From NCBI GenBank assembly GCA_964036045.1, contig OZ038378.1:173290001-173354000 (forward strand): a stretch of 64,000 nucleotides of DNA, read 5' to 3'. The notes under the pieces were generated by a model, which searched no databases, was not told where the DNA came from, and saw only the letters and a program-made list of their open reading frames with translations. This DNA is from Eutreptiella sp. 'Long Island Sound 2002' (lineage: Eukaryota > Protista > Euglenida). The position numbers were made by a program, and so were the translations under genes. Positions 47,601-58,945 of the stretch are shown here, one piece after another; position 1 is the stretch's first letter; each line of letters begins with the position of its first letter.

Positions 47601-50138
47601 GCGCAGGAGAGGGGGAAGTGGGGGCTGCCAAAGAGAATTGCATTGTGACCAGCCCATCTGCCCCCTTGGCGTCCTTCGTCAACGCCAGCCGACGTGCTTG
47701 CACATGGGGGGGCTTTCAAGGCTGTGGCACATCAGCCGGCCCAGACTCGGCCAATGGTGCTGGGGGTGTGCGTGAACGATAAAAGACGAGAGGTCTTGTT
47801 CTGGCGCCTGCTCCCCGACGCGGGGGACGGGGGTAGAGGGGAGCGCAGCGCAGGAGGTTTGCGCGAAGGAGGTGGCGAGGGCGCAGGAGTGGGAATGGAG
47901 GCGTAAGAGGCTGGGGGGCGAAGGATGTTGGACAGGGCAGCCAAGTCTGGGTCTTGGGGGTTCAAGCCCGGCGGCACATGGAGCGATGGGGCAATGGAGC
48001 GTTGCGATGGCGCTTGGGGCTGCTTCATGCAATGCGGGTCGCCTTGCTCGCCACTACGCTTCCGTACTACGCACTGCACATTCCGCCCCAGTTTTGTTCC
48101 TCTTCCTGCAGCCCTGTATGAACCATCGGTTACTCAGGCACTCGGGAAAAGATTTTCGGACTCTGCATCAGCAGCGTTGCCCTCAACATCCTCCGTGGGA
48201 CGGTTTTGCACTGCGTGGGCACAGCGTGCACACTTGTTACCCATTTCATACCCATTGCATATGCGGTGCTATTCGTTGCAGGAACCCACGTTGTATACCC
48301 GTGAAAAGCACGACCTCCCGAGAGAAAAAAAGAAGCACTAACACACAATTCATCATTGCCATTATCAGGCACTCATCCGCTCATCACTCATAATACTGGT
48401 TTACGCGCGGAGTAGAGTGAAACTTGAAATAGGGTCCCATCTCTCTGGTGGTATAAAAATTTTGCACTGCGTGCAAAGGCGTCCACTGTACATGGCAGAT
48501 CCATTGCTACAGAATACCTGCAGCCAAGAGGTTGTGGACAATTCTGGACCGTGATGCAACGGATTGCAGCAAAGCGCTGCCACGCCGAAGCACTGCACAG
48601 GCGCCCAAGTGAAATGTACGCCCCTTCCACGTTACACAGAACTGGTCACTTCTGCGCCCAGTGCGGACGTTCACACTATTCATGTGCGCCCTGTCTCTGG
48701 GTCAGTATCGCAGGGTGTGCTTGGTCACAACATACAACAAACAAAGGCATACAACACATGCGACGCTAACATGGACTTCCTGAATACTGGAGCCATCTTA
48801 CTACATCGGACACCACGGCACCGAAACATTGAAGTCAAGTTCACAAAGCTTTAGATATAATCACATCATCGTCATGTCACGGAGCAGTCTGTGTGTCGAA
48901 CTGCAGCCACTTACAGCGCCTCAGCAAATCAGCACATTATTGATTCTTTGCAGGCCAATTCCAAGGGGCAAGGGCGAAAGCATCGACCCAAAAGAGAGGA
49001 AGAGAGGAAGGGGGAGACATCGAAGTTCTCAGGCACCAACACAGCCAAAGGGAAAGGGGTGTGCGGTCTGAGCAGCAGGAGAAAGGGCCACATATTGGTC
49101 AGGGATAATGCTAAGCACTTGGCCCGAAAGGGCGCTGTCAGACGACCTTCATGACGCTGGTCTGAGAGATGGAACCCCTGCTGAGACCACTGCTGAGAAC
49201 CACAAAGAGTTCGGAACATGTGCTTCGAGTTCGACGAGCCCAGTCTGCCAACACCCGCCTCATGTGCCCCATGTCGCCCTCCGGTTCGATGCTGGGGCTT
49301 CTGCCTGTTGTATTTGGTGTCGCGCCCCGGCAGTAGGATGGCTGGCAGCGTGCTGTGTCAAAGAAGTCGGTTGATCCCGTGGCGTCACGATCCCCGACCG
49401 TGACGTCGCCATCCGCAAGGCACCAGCATCCGTGCGTGACCGTGCGGATGAAATGTGCCAGGGCTCCCACTGACCGTTCTGAAGAGCAGATTGGGTTAGC
49501 GTCAACACATCCGATGTTGAGACATGCAAAAGTCAGAGCAGCGGCGGTGGGGCGGGTGTGCATGCCCTCAACGGCTGCAGTAGTACGGGCAGCAACACCT
49601 CTGAGGACCTGACTCGCGAAGAGATGCCCCTTCAGTGCGCAGTGGCAGTGGAAATGGGGTAGGGACACCGGGAAGGGACCCGGCACCGTATTTGTCGCTG
49701 TTGTACATCCCGCAGACTGCGCTGCGGCCAAAGAGTGGTCGATGGTGAGTATGCTCCTCAGAAAATCTCACCGCGTCTGTGTGCTCGGCACTGACGAACC
49801 GGCGACGATCCTGGGCTTTGGAAGTGGCCCGCTCAGAGACGCCCCAGGCTCCCCTTGCAGCTCCAAAAACGCGCTGGCATGACAAAACGCAGCACAAGCA
49901 CGACAAGCATCGATCACATCAACGGACGACCGCTTTTGTCGCTGTTGCCCACAAATCCCGCAATCAACAACTTGTCGATGGCCATGTGGCAAACTACCAC
50001 CAAAAGGTCAAGTCGTTTGTGATGCCACATGATTGCGTTCAATTCCAACGCGAACGACCTACTCGACTGGCACGGCCTCTTTGACGGGTACGTCCGCATC
50101 GTGGCGCTTCATGGGGCTTTGGGGGTGCTGGACACTCC

Positions 50139-52038
50139 TCAGTGCGCCTCGAAAAGGCTGTTCCCGAGGAACTCCTGCACCAGAGCCCCGCCCGGCACCG
50201 ATCGCCTGCTGAGCCCATAGAAGTGCCCCACAAAGTCCAGAAGCCGCGCCGCGTGCGCGAACTCGGCGTGGCCGGGGCGCACGCAGCGCAGCAGCGACTC
50301 CGTCTCCATCCGCAGCGCCATGATCTCGTAGTCCGCGGCGGAGTTGACGAAGGCGTCGGCGCCGTCGAGGAACGGCGCCAGGCTGCCTTGGCCCGCGGCG
50401 GCGCTGCAGCGCCCAAGGGACGTGGCCGCGTCGACGCCCGCGCCGTTGAAGTCGCGCAGGACGCGGCGCATGGCGAGCAGGGCGTCCGGCGGCAGCAGCG
50501 TGAGTTCGTCGAGGCAGATGCGGGTCACGGGCGCCACGCAGACCCTGAAACACTGCGTGGCCCCCACGGCGCCGAGGACGGAGGGGTGCAGCCCCAGGGC
50601 CCCGTGCACCAGCAGCAGCCCTCGGTCCGGGAGGGTGAGCCGCGGGGGGGCCAAGGGGGAGCCGGGCGGCGCGACCTCCTTCCCGGACAGCAGGTGTCGC
50701 ACGTGCTTGCCGAACTGCTGCAGGTCAAAGGCGTCGGCGGCCTCGGGCGTGTCCGCGGGGCAGTAGACGTCGGTGCAGAGCAGCGTCGAGGGGATGCCGG
50801 CCGCCATCAGCTGCGACTTCAGCTGCGCGGCAAACGTCAGCGTGCCGGCGCACGGCGGGCCCCCGATGCAGGCCGCACGGAGGCCCGCCCCCCGTTGCGC
50901 GATGGCGTCCACGACCTCCATCAGCTTCTTCATGTGCAGCGCCTCGCTGAGCTGCACCACCTGCAGCACCTCCCCCGCCTGAATGCTGGCGTTCAGGTCC
51001 CCGGCGCACCGGATGCCCACGGCCGCGCTCTGCTGCGCCATGTCGGCGGCCAGCGTGTGGAGGATCGGAGGGACCGTGAACTGGTTTCGGGTGATGCCCG
51101 TCGGCGTGATGCCGGTGCACGGCGGAGTGCACAGGAGCATGTGCCCGTTGTGCGGCTGCAGGTCAAAGAAGCGGGTGTACCCCGTGGACGGGGCCAGGGG
51201 CACCAGATGCAGCTTCATGACGTCCTGGCACTTGTTCACCTGCACGAACGGCAGGTTGCGCGCCTTCAGCAACGAGGCGGACTCGCTGTCGCCCCCGCGC
51301 TCGAAGTACTCCAGGACGTCGGCGGTGGGCAGCGACATGACGTGAATGGGGACGTCCTCCTGAATCAGTTTCGTGAGGGCGTCTTTGATCTGCTGCACCG
51401 GAGGACGGCCCTCGAGATCCGGAAACCCACAGACGTACGCCGCGGGCTCCTGCGGGGCCTCGGACCCCGCCGCATGCCACACCCGCACCGCGCGCGTGGG
51501 GTACAGCCGCTTGCAGGCCATGCTCAGCAGGAAGCGAAGCGTGGCGCGGTACACGGCGATGCCCTCGGCTGACTCCACATGGACGGGCTGCACGTCCGAA
51601 GTCAGACCGGGAAGAGGGCTGCGGAGGCTCATGATTTGGCCGCCGACTGCACTGGCGATGATATCCTTCGCGGGCAGGAACTCGGCCATGGTCTGCACCT
51701 CAGGGAAATTGCTGGCCATTTGGTAGGGCAGCGGGCGGGATCCCGGGTCCGGGGGGGGCGCTACGGCGTGCCGCCGGGCGGTGACCTCGAATTCGCTGCC
51801 TCCTACGAATTCCCGCAGGATTGCTGTGGGTGGGATCCATTTATCGCTGAGGGGCTGCACGGCCGTGAGGAACGACATCAGCTCCTGCGCGGTCTGGAAC
51901 ATGGGATCATCGGGACTTACTGTCTCCAGCAGCGGCATGCAATGGACCTTGAGCACGGCGAGTTCGTAGGTGGAACTGGAGTTGAAGCTGTAATCCACGC
52001 CCTCCAAGTTGGGCAGGATATTCAGTTCCTCCCCCCGC
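50139..52038 (-). CDS. Tandem ThrRS-N/uridine-kinase-like protein, exon 2 (end of module 1 and the whole degenerate module 2)
   Basis: TGCAG|GCGG phase-2 acceptor restores WDSVRRGEELNILP..DYSFNSSSTYEL and IPPTAILREFVGGS. Module 2 has VYRATLRFLLSMA, PLAPSTGY, GDLN, P-loop GPPCAGTLT, YEI and EFLGNSLF. Confidence 0.9.
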
Positions 52039-52963
52039 CTGCAGGAGAACATGCATGGCTAGAAGCACCCCGACGGTGGTTTGGAACAGCCATGCCTGCA
52101 CCGATGGGGGTTTTGCACGCACCTTTCGCGCACCATGAATGTCTTGGGGTTTGTGGTAGGGCCCTTGGGCCAGCGTTGCGGGAATGCGACAAGGTGGGTG
52201 GCAGGTTGAGTGGCATGTGGGGTGGTATGTTGGGTGGCATGTGAGGTAGTTGATGTTGGGGATACCTTCATACCTCTTGCATGTACATTACAATGCACAA
52301 AAAGGAAATGCCTGTCCCGAGGAGTGATGCTTGGTCTTATTGACGAATGGATTCGCTGTTCAATATTGCTGTTCACTCCATCGATCCGTTTCCTGGGCCA
52401 AAACAGGACTTTCAGTGCAAAAATGGAAATTTTGTTAGAAAAAGGCCATTTGTGAGAGCGGCGCAAATGTGCAAATGTGTTGGGGGCACAAAGCAGTGCG
52501 CAAGGAGGGCTTGGACACCAATCCCCATCGGTGCTGTGTGCAAGTGGTGCAAAAATAGCACAGTCTTATAGCACAGTCTGACAGCACCCCTGCACCCCCA
52601 CATCTGTCAGGGGTGGGGGCAAATATTCTGTTGGGGTTGACAATTTGCACATGGCTGATTAACAATGCTGTCAGACAGTCCTTCCCCCCCCCAATTCCCC
52701 CCTTCTTGTCAAGTAACAGAGGTAATGACGCATTGGGAAACCTCGTTTTTGGGCGGGGGCTGCACAGTTTTTGTGGGGGATTTGCAAATGTCAGCGGCCA
52801 TTGTGTCCATCACCTTTGACCTTGTGTCCCAACCCCCAACCGCCATCAACCGCCTCCTGCCCCCGTCAAGCGCATGCCTGGCGTAGGGACCGTATTACTT
52901 TGGTGCTTTGCCGTACCCGCGACGAGGCGTGGGTGCCAGGCCACGGCTTACTGTTACCGAGGG

Positions 52964-53078
52964 CCTCAATAGGTCAGGTGTGGACCCGCCACTTAGCTCC
53001 AGCCGCGCCTGCCTCACGACCTTCATTGCCAACTCAGTTCCATGATTGTGCGTGTCACTCGGACAGTGCAATGCAGTT
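52964..53078 (-). mobile_element. 115-bp extreme 5'-truncated copy of the intron-3 LINE family
   Basis: Ungapped alignment to 15863-15977 (11 mismatches in 115), same 3' end, perfect 13-bp TSD CTGTTACCGAGGG at 52951-63 and 53079-91. Confidence 0.9.
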
Positions 53079-53451
53079 CTGTTACCGAGGGGGGGTGGGT
53101 GGCAGCCTGGGCTCCTCCACCTGACCCACCTACCTACTCCCCACCCACATCAGAAAAATTTTCCTCAGGAACAAAATGCAATTTATCAAAGGGGCCCAAA
53201 ATTGGAGGTCAATTGTAGGTGCACAAACTTTTTTTTTCCGCCTGTGAACCCCCCCCACCCCCACCCCCCGGCCTTGGTCACGGTCACCACTAAGCCGTGG
53301 CCCGGTGGGTGCGTCGGTCTCATTCCCGGCCAAAAAAAATCAACCGGGTTCACAAAAAGGGGCCGCAACACAACGCATGACGACACGGGGCAGGGCCAAG
53401 GGCATCGCAGGGAATCGATCGGACGTCGCAGGGGCAATGGCACTAGGGCAC

Positions 53452-55010
53452 CTGACGGAGTCCCACTTCCCGAGGGTCGATGACGCCGAGCGGCCGCGAT
53501 GCAGGAAGTCACGGGAGATCCGGCGCAGAAGGCGCAGCGTGCGATGCGAGAGCCACTCGAGATCGTCGAAGCGGACCTGCGAGATCGGGGCGATGAAAAT
53601 GCGGAACTTGTGCTCCGGCGCGATGCGCTGCGTCAGATCGGGATTGAGGCAGAAGATGCCCTCCATCACCAGCACGCCCCCGCGGGGGAGCCGCATCATG
53701 CGGCCTTTGGCCTTGGGCTTCTGCGCCACCATATCGAAGATGGGGGTCTCGACCTCTTCACCGGCGGCCAGCTTTAAGAGATGGTCGTTTAGGTCGTGCA
53801 ACCGCAGGGCCTCGGGGACTTCGTGGTCCGGGGCACCGGAGGACGTGCGCGGGTAGTCCGGCTCGTCGGGACAGCGGTAGTAGTCGTCGGTACTGAGAGG
53901 CAGCGCCGCCACCCCCGCGACTTGGAGCGCAAGCGACAGCTTCGCCGCGAACGTGGTCTTGCCCGAGGCCGAGGGCCCGGCAATAAGGACCAGTCGGACG
54001 CCGGTGCGCGCGGCGATGCTGCGGGCGACGGCGGCGATGCGGCCGTCCGTCTTGGCCTCGTCCTGTGCCACGAGGCCGGCCCCATGGCCCCCGACAATGG
54101 CGGCGTTGAGGTCCCCGATGCACGTGACGGCGCACGCGGCGCCCCACGCCTGCGCGCGGTCGTGAACCTCCCGGAGGCTGGGCAGGTCCGTGAAGGGCGA
54201 ACACCGGGAGGGGTGGCTGGGGTTCGGGAACCGCACCACAAACCCGTCCCCCACGTGCTGCAGGGCGAAGGTGGTGAGCCGCCCGGTCGAGGGCACCAGC
54301 GGCCAATGCCAGAGCCTCACGTAGTCCCGGCATCGCTGGCACGCCACGGTCCCGCGCCGCGCCGCCTGCGCGGAGTAACCTGCGAACTGCCCGAGGGCGT
54401 GGCAGAGCGGCGCGGGGGCGCTGCGCAGCGGCAGCCACACCTCTTCGATGTGCAGGTCCTCTTTGACCAGGCGGTTCATGGCCCGCGTCAGCGCCAGCAC
54501 GTCGTCGTCCGTCGCGGCCACGCCTTTGAACGTGCAGTACTCGCCGTTGGACAGCGACGTCTCCTCCAGGGCAAACGCGTGCTCGACGCACAGAGCGCGG
54601 TCCGGGAAGACCTCCTGACAGGCCATGGCCAACAGGAACCGGATGGAGCGGTGGTAGACCTTCAGTCCGTCGGGGTGCGCCAGTGTCAGCGGCTCCACAC
54701 GGGCCGTGTCGGGCGGCAGCTGCTGCTGGAGACTGACCACGCAACCACCGGAAAGTGCAGCTACGACGTCCCGTGTTGAGCCCAGGGGAAGCAAATCCGC
54801 TGCAGCCCTGAAGCCCTCGGCATTCCGCATGTCGCTGCCTGAGGCGGGGGACTCCCCGAGAAGCTGTCCCATGGCCTCGTACATCACCCGAAGCGGGTTC
54901 TCGTATTTGCGATTGAGGGCTGCGCTGAGCACCAGATCGATCTTGTGGGGGATGTCATTCTTATGCAGGTACTGCACATCAGCATCGTCTGCGTAGGGTT
55001 CACTGGCCAT
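53452..55010 (-). CDS. Tandem ThrRS-N/uridine-kinase-like protein, exon 1 (Dpy-30/RIIa-like motif and intact module 1)
   Basis: ATG 55010 after pyrimidine-AG (55025-24); YLHKNDIPHKIDLVLSAALNRKYENPLRVMYE; VYHRSIRFLLAMA; PLVPSTG; GDLN; LIAGPSASGKTTF; STDDYY; EGIFCLNP; RLLRRISRD..HRG; donor TCAG|GTGCCC. The spliced CDS is 3459 nt. Confidence 0.92.
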
Positions 55011-57391
55011 TGGAGCACAAGAACTGCCGTCAAAAAATGGACAATGGACAGGTGACCGCCAAGCACATGCTTCGCACACACTCCCGCCAAGCACATCTGG
55101 TACCCACTCCCGCCAGGAAGTCCCAGCACTTCTTGTCAATGGCCCTTACACAGCGGCTGGCAGGCGCAGCATGGAGGGGGCCAGTCCAGCAGCATGGTGG
55201 CTGCGGTGCCACGCTGTGGCTGGTAGTGTAGCAGCATGGTGGCTTGCATGGCGTGGCATGGCATGCTGTGTCTTCATGCGGCCAAGAATGGTAAACTTCG
55301 CGCTGTCGCATTGACAGCCTGATCCGATTTGGGTCTGTGGGTGTAGTGTGGCAGTTTGCTATTCTACACTTCATAGGCTCTTCTCGGAACCTCACCCCTT
55401 TGGTAAGGCTTGTGCACTGTGTGACATTCCCAAACCCCTGACCATCGTTTTCTCTTCCCTCTATCCCCCTACTGGCCCTATCACTGACACCTGTACTATG
55501 CACATCAGAGTCAGGAAATTTGGGTCCATTACAGCCAGATTCGCTGAAATCACATCAAAACAAACAGAAATGGGGTCCCGCCTCAAGCACAATTTTACAC
55601 TATCAGAAACAACTCTTCATCGGCACAGCACAGCCCCTCTTTCCTGTGGCTCAAACCGTACTGCAGCTTGCGAAACCAACCGGAAATATCTGCCATTGGG
55701 GTCATCAAAACATTTGTGGAACAGGCATTGCGTATTGCCTTGCGTAGGTAGCTCAATCACACAGCACTCGCTGCCCAGTAGAATATAGAGGGCAAGATGG
55801 CCCCCAATATTGCAGGTATTTTTCAATTGCCACATCTGGTTCCAATTTTCAAGGCTATTTGTGCTAGCAATACTGTGTGGTAATCCGTCCTGCTGAGTTG
55901 AAAAAGGTTCCAAAAAGGTAGGTTTTCTAAACAGGGGTTGTTGCCGTTGAATAGGTCATAAATTTTGCTACCCATATTGGGGTCACTTACCGCTTTGACG
56001 TTTGCAACAATTTGATTTTTCTTGGCAAGTTGTCCACCACAGCTTGAGGCCAACCAAAAAAAAGAGATGTGATTTTCGGGCATGTACCTGGTAGATTTCC
56101 AACAATTGTTTCCCCCAAGAGTTGCCCCGACAATTACAACTAAAATGCCTCAGTGAAGCGAAGGCAGGAACTTTTATGACGTGGTTCCAAACCTTTCAGC
56201 CGGTTCAGCGGGCCACTGGGGATGCTCATGCAAGTGTTTTTTTTGCCTGTTTTTAGCCCGTGGTGACCTGTCTTGAGCCTCTAAAGTCTCAAAAAGTGTG
56301 GAAACCAACGGGTCAGAAGGGCAGTGCAGACAAGATACTAACAAGGCAACAAAAAATATGACGATGGGAAATTTTTTCGTCAAAAATGGTCAGGTGAGTT
56401 ATATCTGAGCCTTCCACTCCCTTGGCCAAAGAATGTGGTGGAAGCTGTGGTGGGGTGTTGGTGCCAAAACTGAGCAACACTGGGCTATTCTTAGGATTTT
56501 GAGACTATTTTTTGAAAATGATGTCACTTGGTAAGGCGACCGAATTGTTGACAACTTTGAAGGCCCCTTCCTGTACCGGTACTCATTGTCTCAGATGTGC
56601 CCCAAACCTTTTTTTTTTTTGGATACCGTTCGTGTCCCACCAAGATTTTTGAAGAAAATCTGCACCAAAAACCATGCCCAGACAAACTGATTTGTTGCAA
56701 AGCAGCTATTGCTATCCTGTTCGTGCATCCCATTTTTGCTTTCTGATGCATTCTGAGCCACCTCAGCCCTTGTGGTGTAGTGTTGGTTGAAAATTGCACA
56801 CCCCCCCCCCCCCGGGAAAAAAACTGATTTTTCTGGGACCCCATGCAGGTTCATGGAGTGTAGGCACAAACTTTTCAGCAAAAGCAATGATAGCAAGGGA
56901 TGAAACCATGTAGCCTTGTGTGTATGACTGCATCCTTGCATCCTCAAATGTAGCCTTGTATGTAAGGTGCAAGGATACAGCTGTGTAGAGCCGGCGAAAC
57001 TTTGGGGTTGCTCTAAAGTTCAATCTCAGCACATGGAGTGTTGGTCATTTGCCAAACACTCAATGGCGTGCACACCCCCCCCCCCCCTGTTGTGTGCTTG
57101 TTGCACCTGCCCACAGGCCCCTTTTGTGTGCTGTGGACCAGCTGTATGGTGAGATCCATTGTACTCACTCAGGGCGTCCTGACCTCCTCCTCTCCACCAC
57201 CTCCTGCCTGTTGTCTGTGTCTTGTTGAGCTCCCTGTATCACTGGCATTTAAAGAACCACATCAACATCCGACATAATGAAGCTTTTTTGTCACTCGGGT
57301 TGTGGCGCTGTGTATCCCTTTTCGTTGTTGGCTACTACTCACAAATTGAAACACATCACTATCCTATATGATGAAAGATTGGCTGTATGTA

Positions 57392-57754
57392 CCCTCCCCC
57401 CCCTAAAAGCTATGCAAAAGACCCAAATTAATACGGTCTTTACGCCTACTGTAGCTTGGACAAGGCCGTAGCTTCTGCGCAACTCATACAACTACCAACA
57501 CACATGTGAGTGAGCGCATGGGGGGGTATAGTGCAGAAATATACCCAAAATCAGAGCTATGTGGCTCAATTGGGCAAACACTCACAACAAATGTGTCCAT
57601 GACTCCATGTAACTGGCAAATTTGTCACCAAACCCATGTCTCATGTGGCTGCACTACATTTGGTACTGAATAAAATTCGGTCCCAATTTAATACGGTCCC
57701 TACGCCCGCTGTAGCTTAGACAAGGGTGTACCTTTTACAAAGGGGGGGGGGGGG
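57392..57754 (-). mobile_element. Short MITE derivative of the pogo-like family
   Basis: TA-flanked Cn/Gn termini; both ends align to the two ends of 2732-3930 in inverted orientation; the ORF region is deleted. Confidence 0.85.
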
Positions 57755-58299
57755 TACAAAATACTCAAGTGTTGGTAACCCGAAGTGTTGCCTGACTGTT
57801 CAGTCTAAATGAACACGTGCAGAGGGTAGCAAGCACTGGGAGACCCTTGATGGAGGGTTTCCCGACCCTTGATAAGACTTGTTCACTGTTATCTCTTCAG
57901 CAGCCTAGTTTGTTTTGTTGACACCCACAACATGCAAATTGAGATCAGCACATATGCGGATGAAAAACATGGCCCAGCTCTGCGGAACAACAACAAGAAA
58001 GAACACAGATTCTGCTGTATGGTGTTTGCGGGCAGGGGTGATGTGGGGCACGAGCCAAGGCTGGTGCGGTGTCGGGGCCCGTATGACACCGGAAGCTGCC
58101 ATGTTCACCAGTGAATACCGCCAAGGCTTGCACAATCCGCGATGTGGGCACTTCTCTTCACACGTGAACCAGGGCCATTTAGTAAATACTGTGTCAACTT
58201 ATTTCTCCACCATGTGGTCAGAACCAAACAGCTGTTCGGCTGGACATTAGGAGGTGGAAAATTATGGCAATAAATGGCATCAATGGGTGAGCGACGGAA

Positions 58300-58945
58300 T
58301 AAGTGAGTGAGTCGGTGAGTGAGTGCATGAGTGTAGGAGCAAGTGCATGAGCAAGGGAGCGAGGGAGTGAGTGAGTAGGTGAGTGCATGGATGAGCTCAT
58401 TAGATTGAGATATTGAGTGTGCCAGTGCGCGCATGAGTGCATGAGTGAGTGAGTGGGTGAGTTATTGAGTCAATGAGAGTGCGGCCTCTGCAGAGAAGAG
58501 CAACCACTTTGTAACAAAGTTTTTCAAACATTCTAAAATCCACTGACGAGGCCCAAAAGAAGACCATCTCAGCCGATCTCGTGCACGTAGATGGACGCTG
58601 GGGCATTGCAACGGGAGTTCTCCGGCCGAGCCAATGTCGTGTTCTCTACATGCAACGGCATCGAGCACATGCACACAAACACATGCACGCACACATACAC
58701 ACACACATACACATGCACACACACACACACACACACACACACAACCACAGAGGGCATGCGCTGTGTACGGGGGTGCTCTGTTGTGCGCACTGTATTGGAG
58801 TATGCATGTTCGTGCAAACTGTGTCGAGGTGCCGTGTGGCGCAATGTCATTGTATTCTCTACACCCGTCGGGGTGATGCATGCCTGTTTCATCCTTTTAT
58901 CTTGCTCACTCATTCTCTCTCTATCTCTCTCTCTCTCTCTTCACA
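58300..58945. repeat. Cluster of simple repeats: (GAGT)n-like, (CA)n, (CT)n
   Basis: Visible runs at about 58300-58460, 58670-58745 and 58910-58940. Confidence 0.8.

Noticed and set aside
47058-50084. Scattered plus-strand candidate exons (47058-47279, 48953-49070, 49779-50084)
   Set aside because: No consistent phase chain and no recognisable protein.
4765-53451. Euglenid non-conventional (non GT-AG, stem-loop) introns
   Set aside because: All ten introns needed to restore the frames are GT-AG and no frame break needs another type; in-frame ones cannot be excluded without cDNA.
50142-54779. Long plus-strand ORFs (476, 328, 327 aa) opposite the uridine-kinase-like gene
   Set aside because: Antisense shadows caused by GC3 bias.
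56358-56399. Mini-exon-like ATG...CAG|GTGAGT on the plus strand
   Set aside because: No compatible downstream coding exon found.
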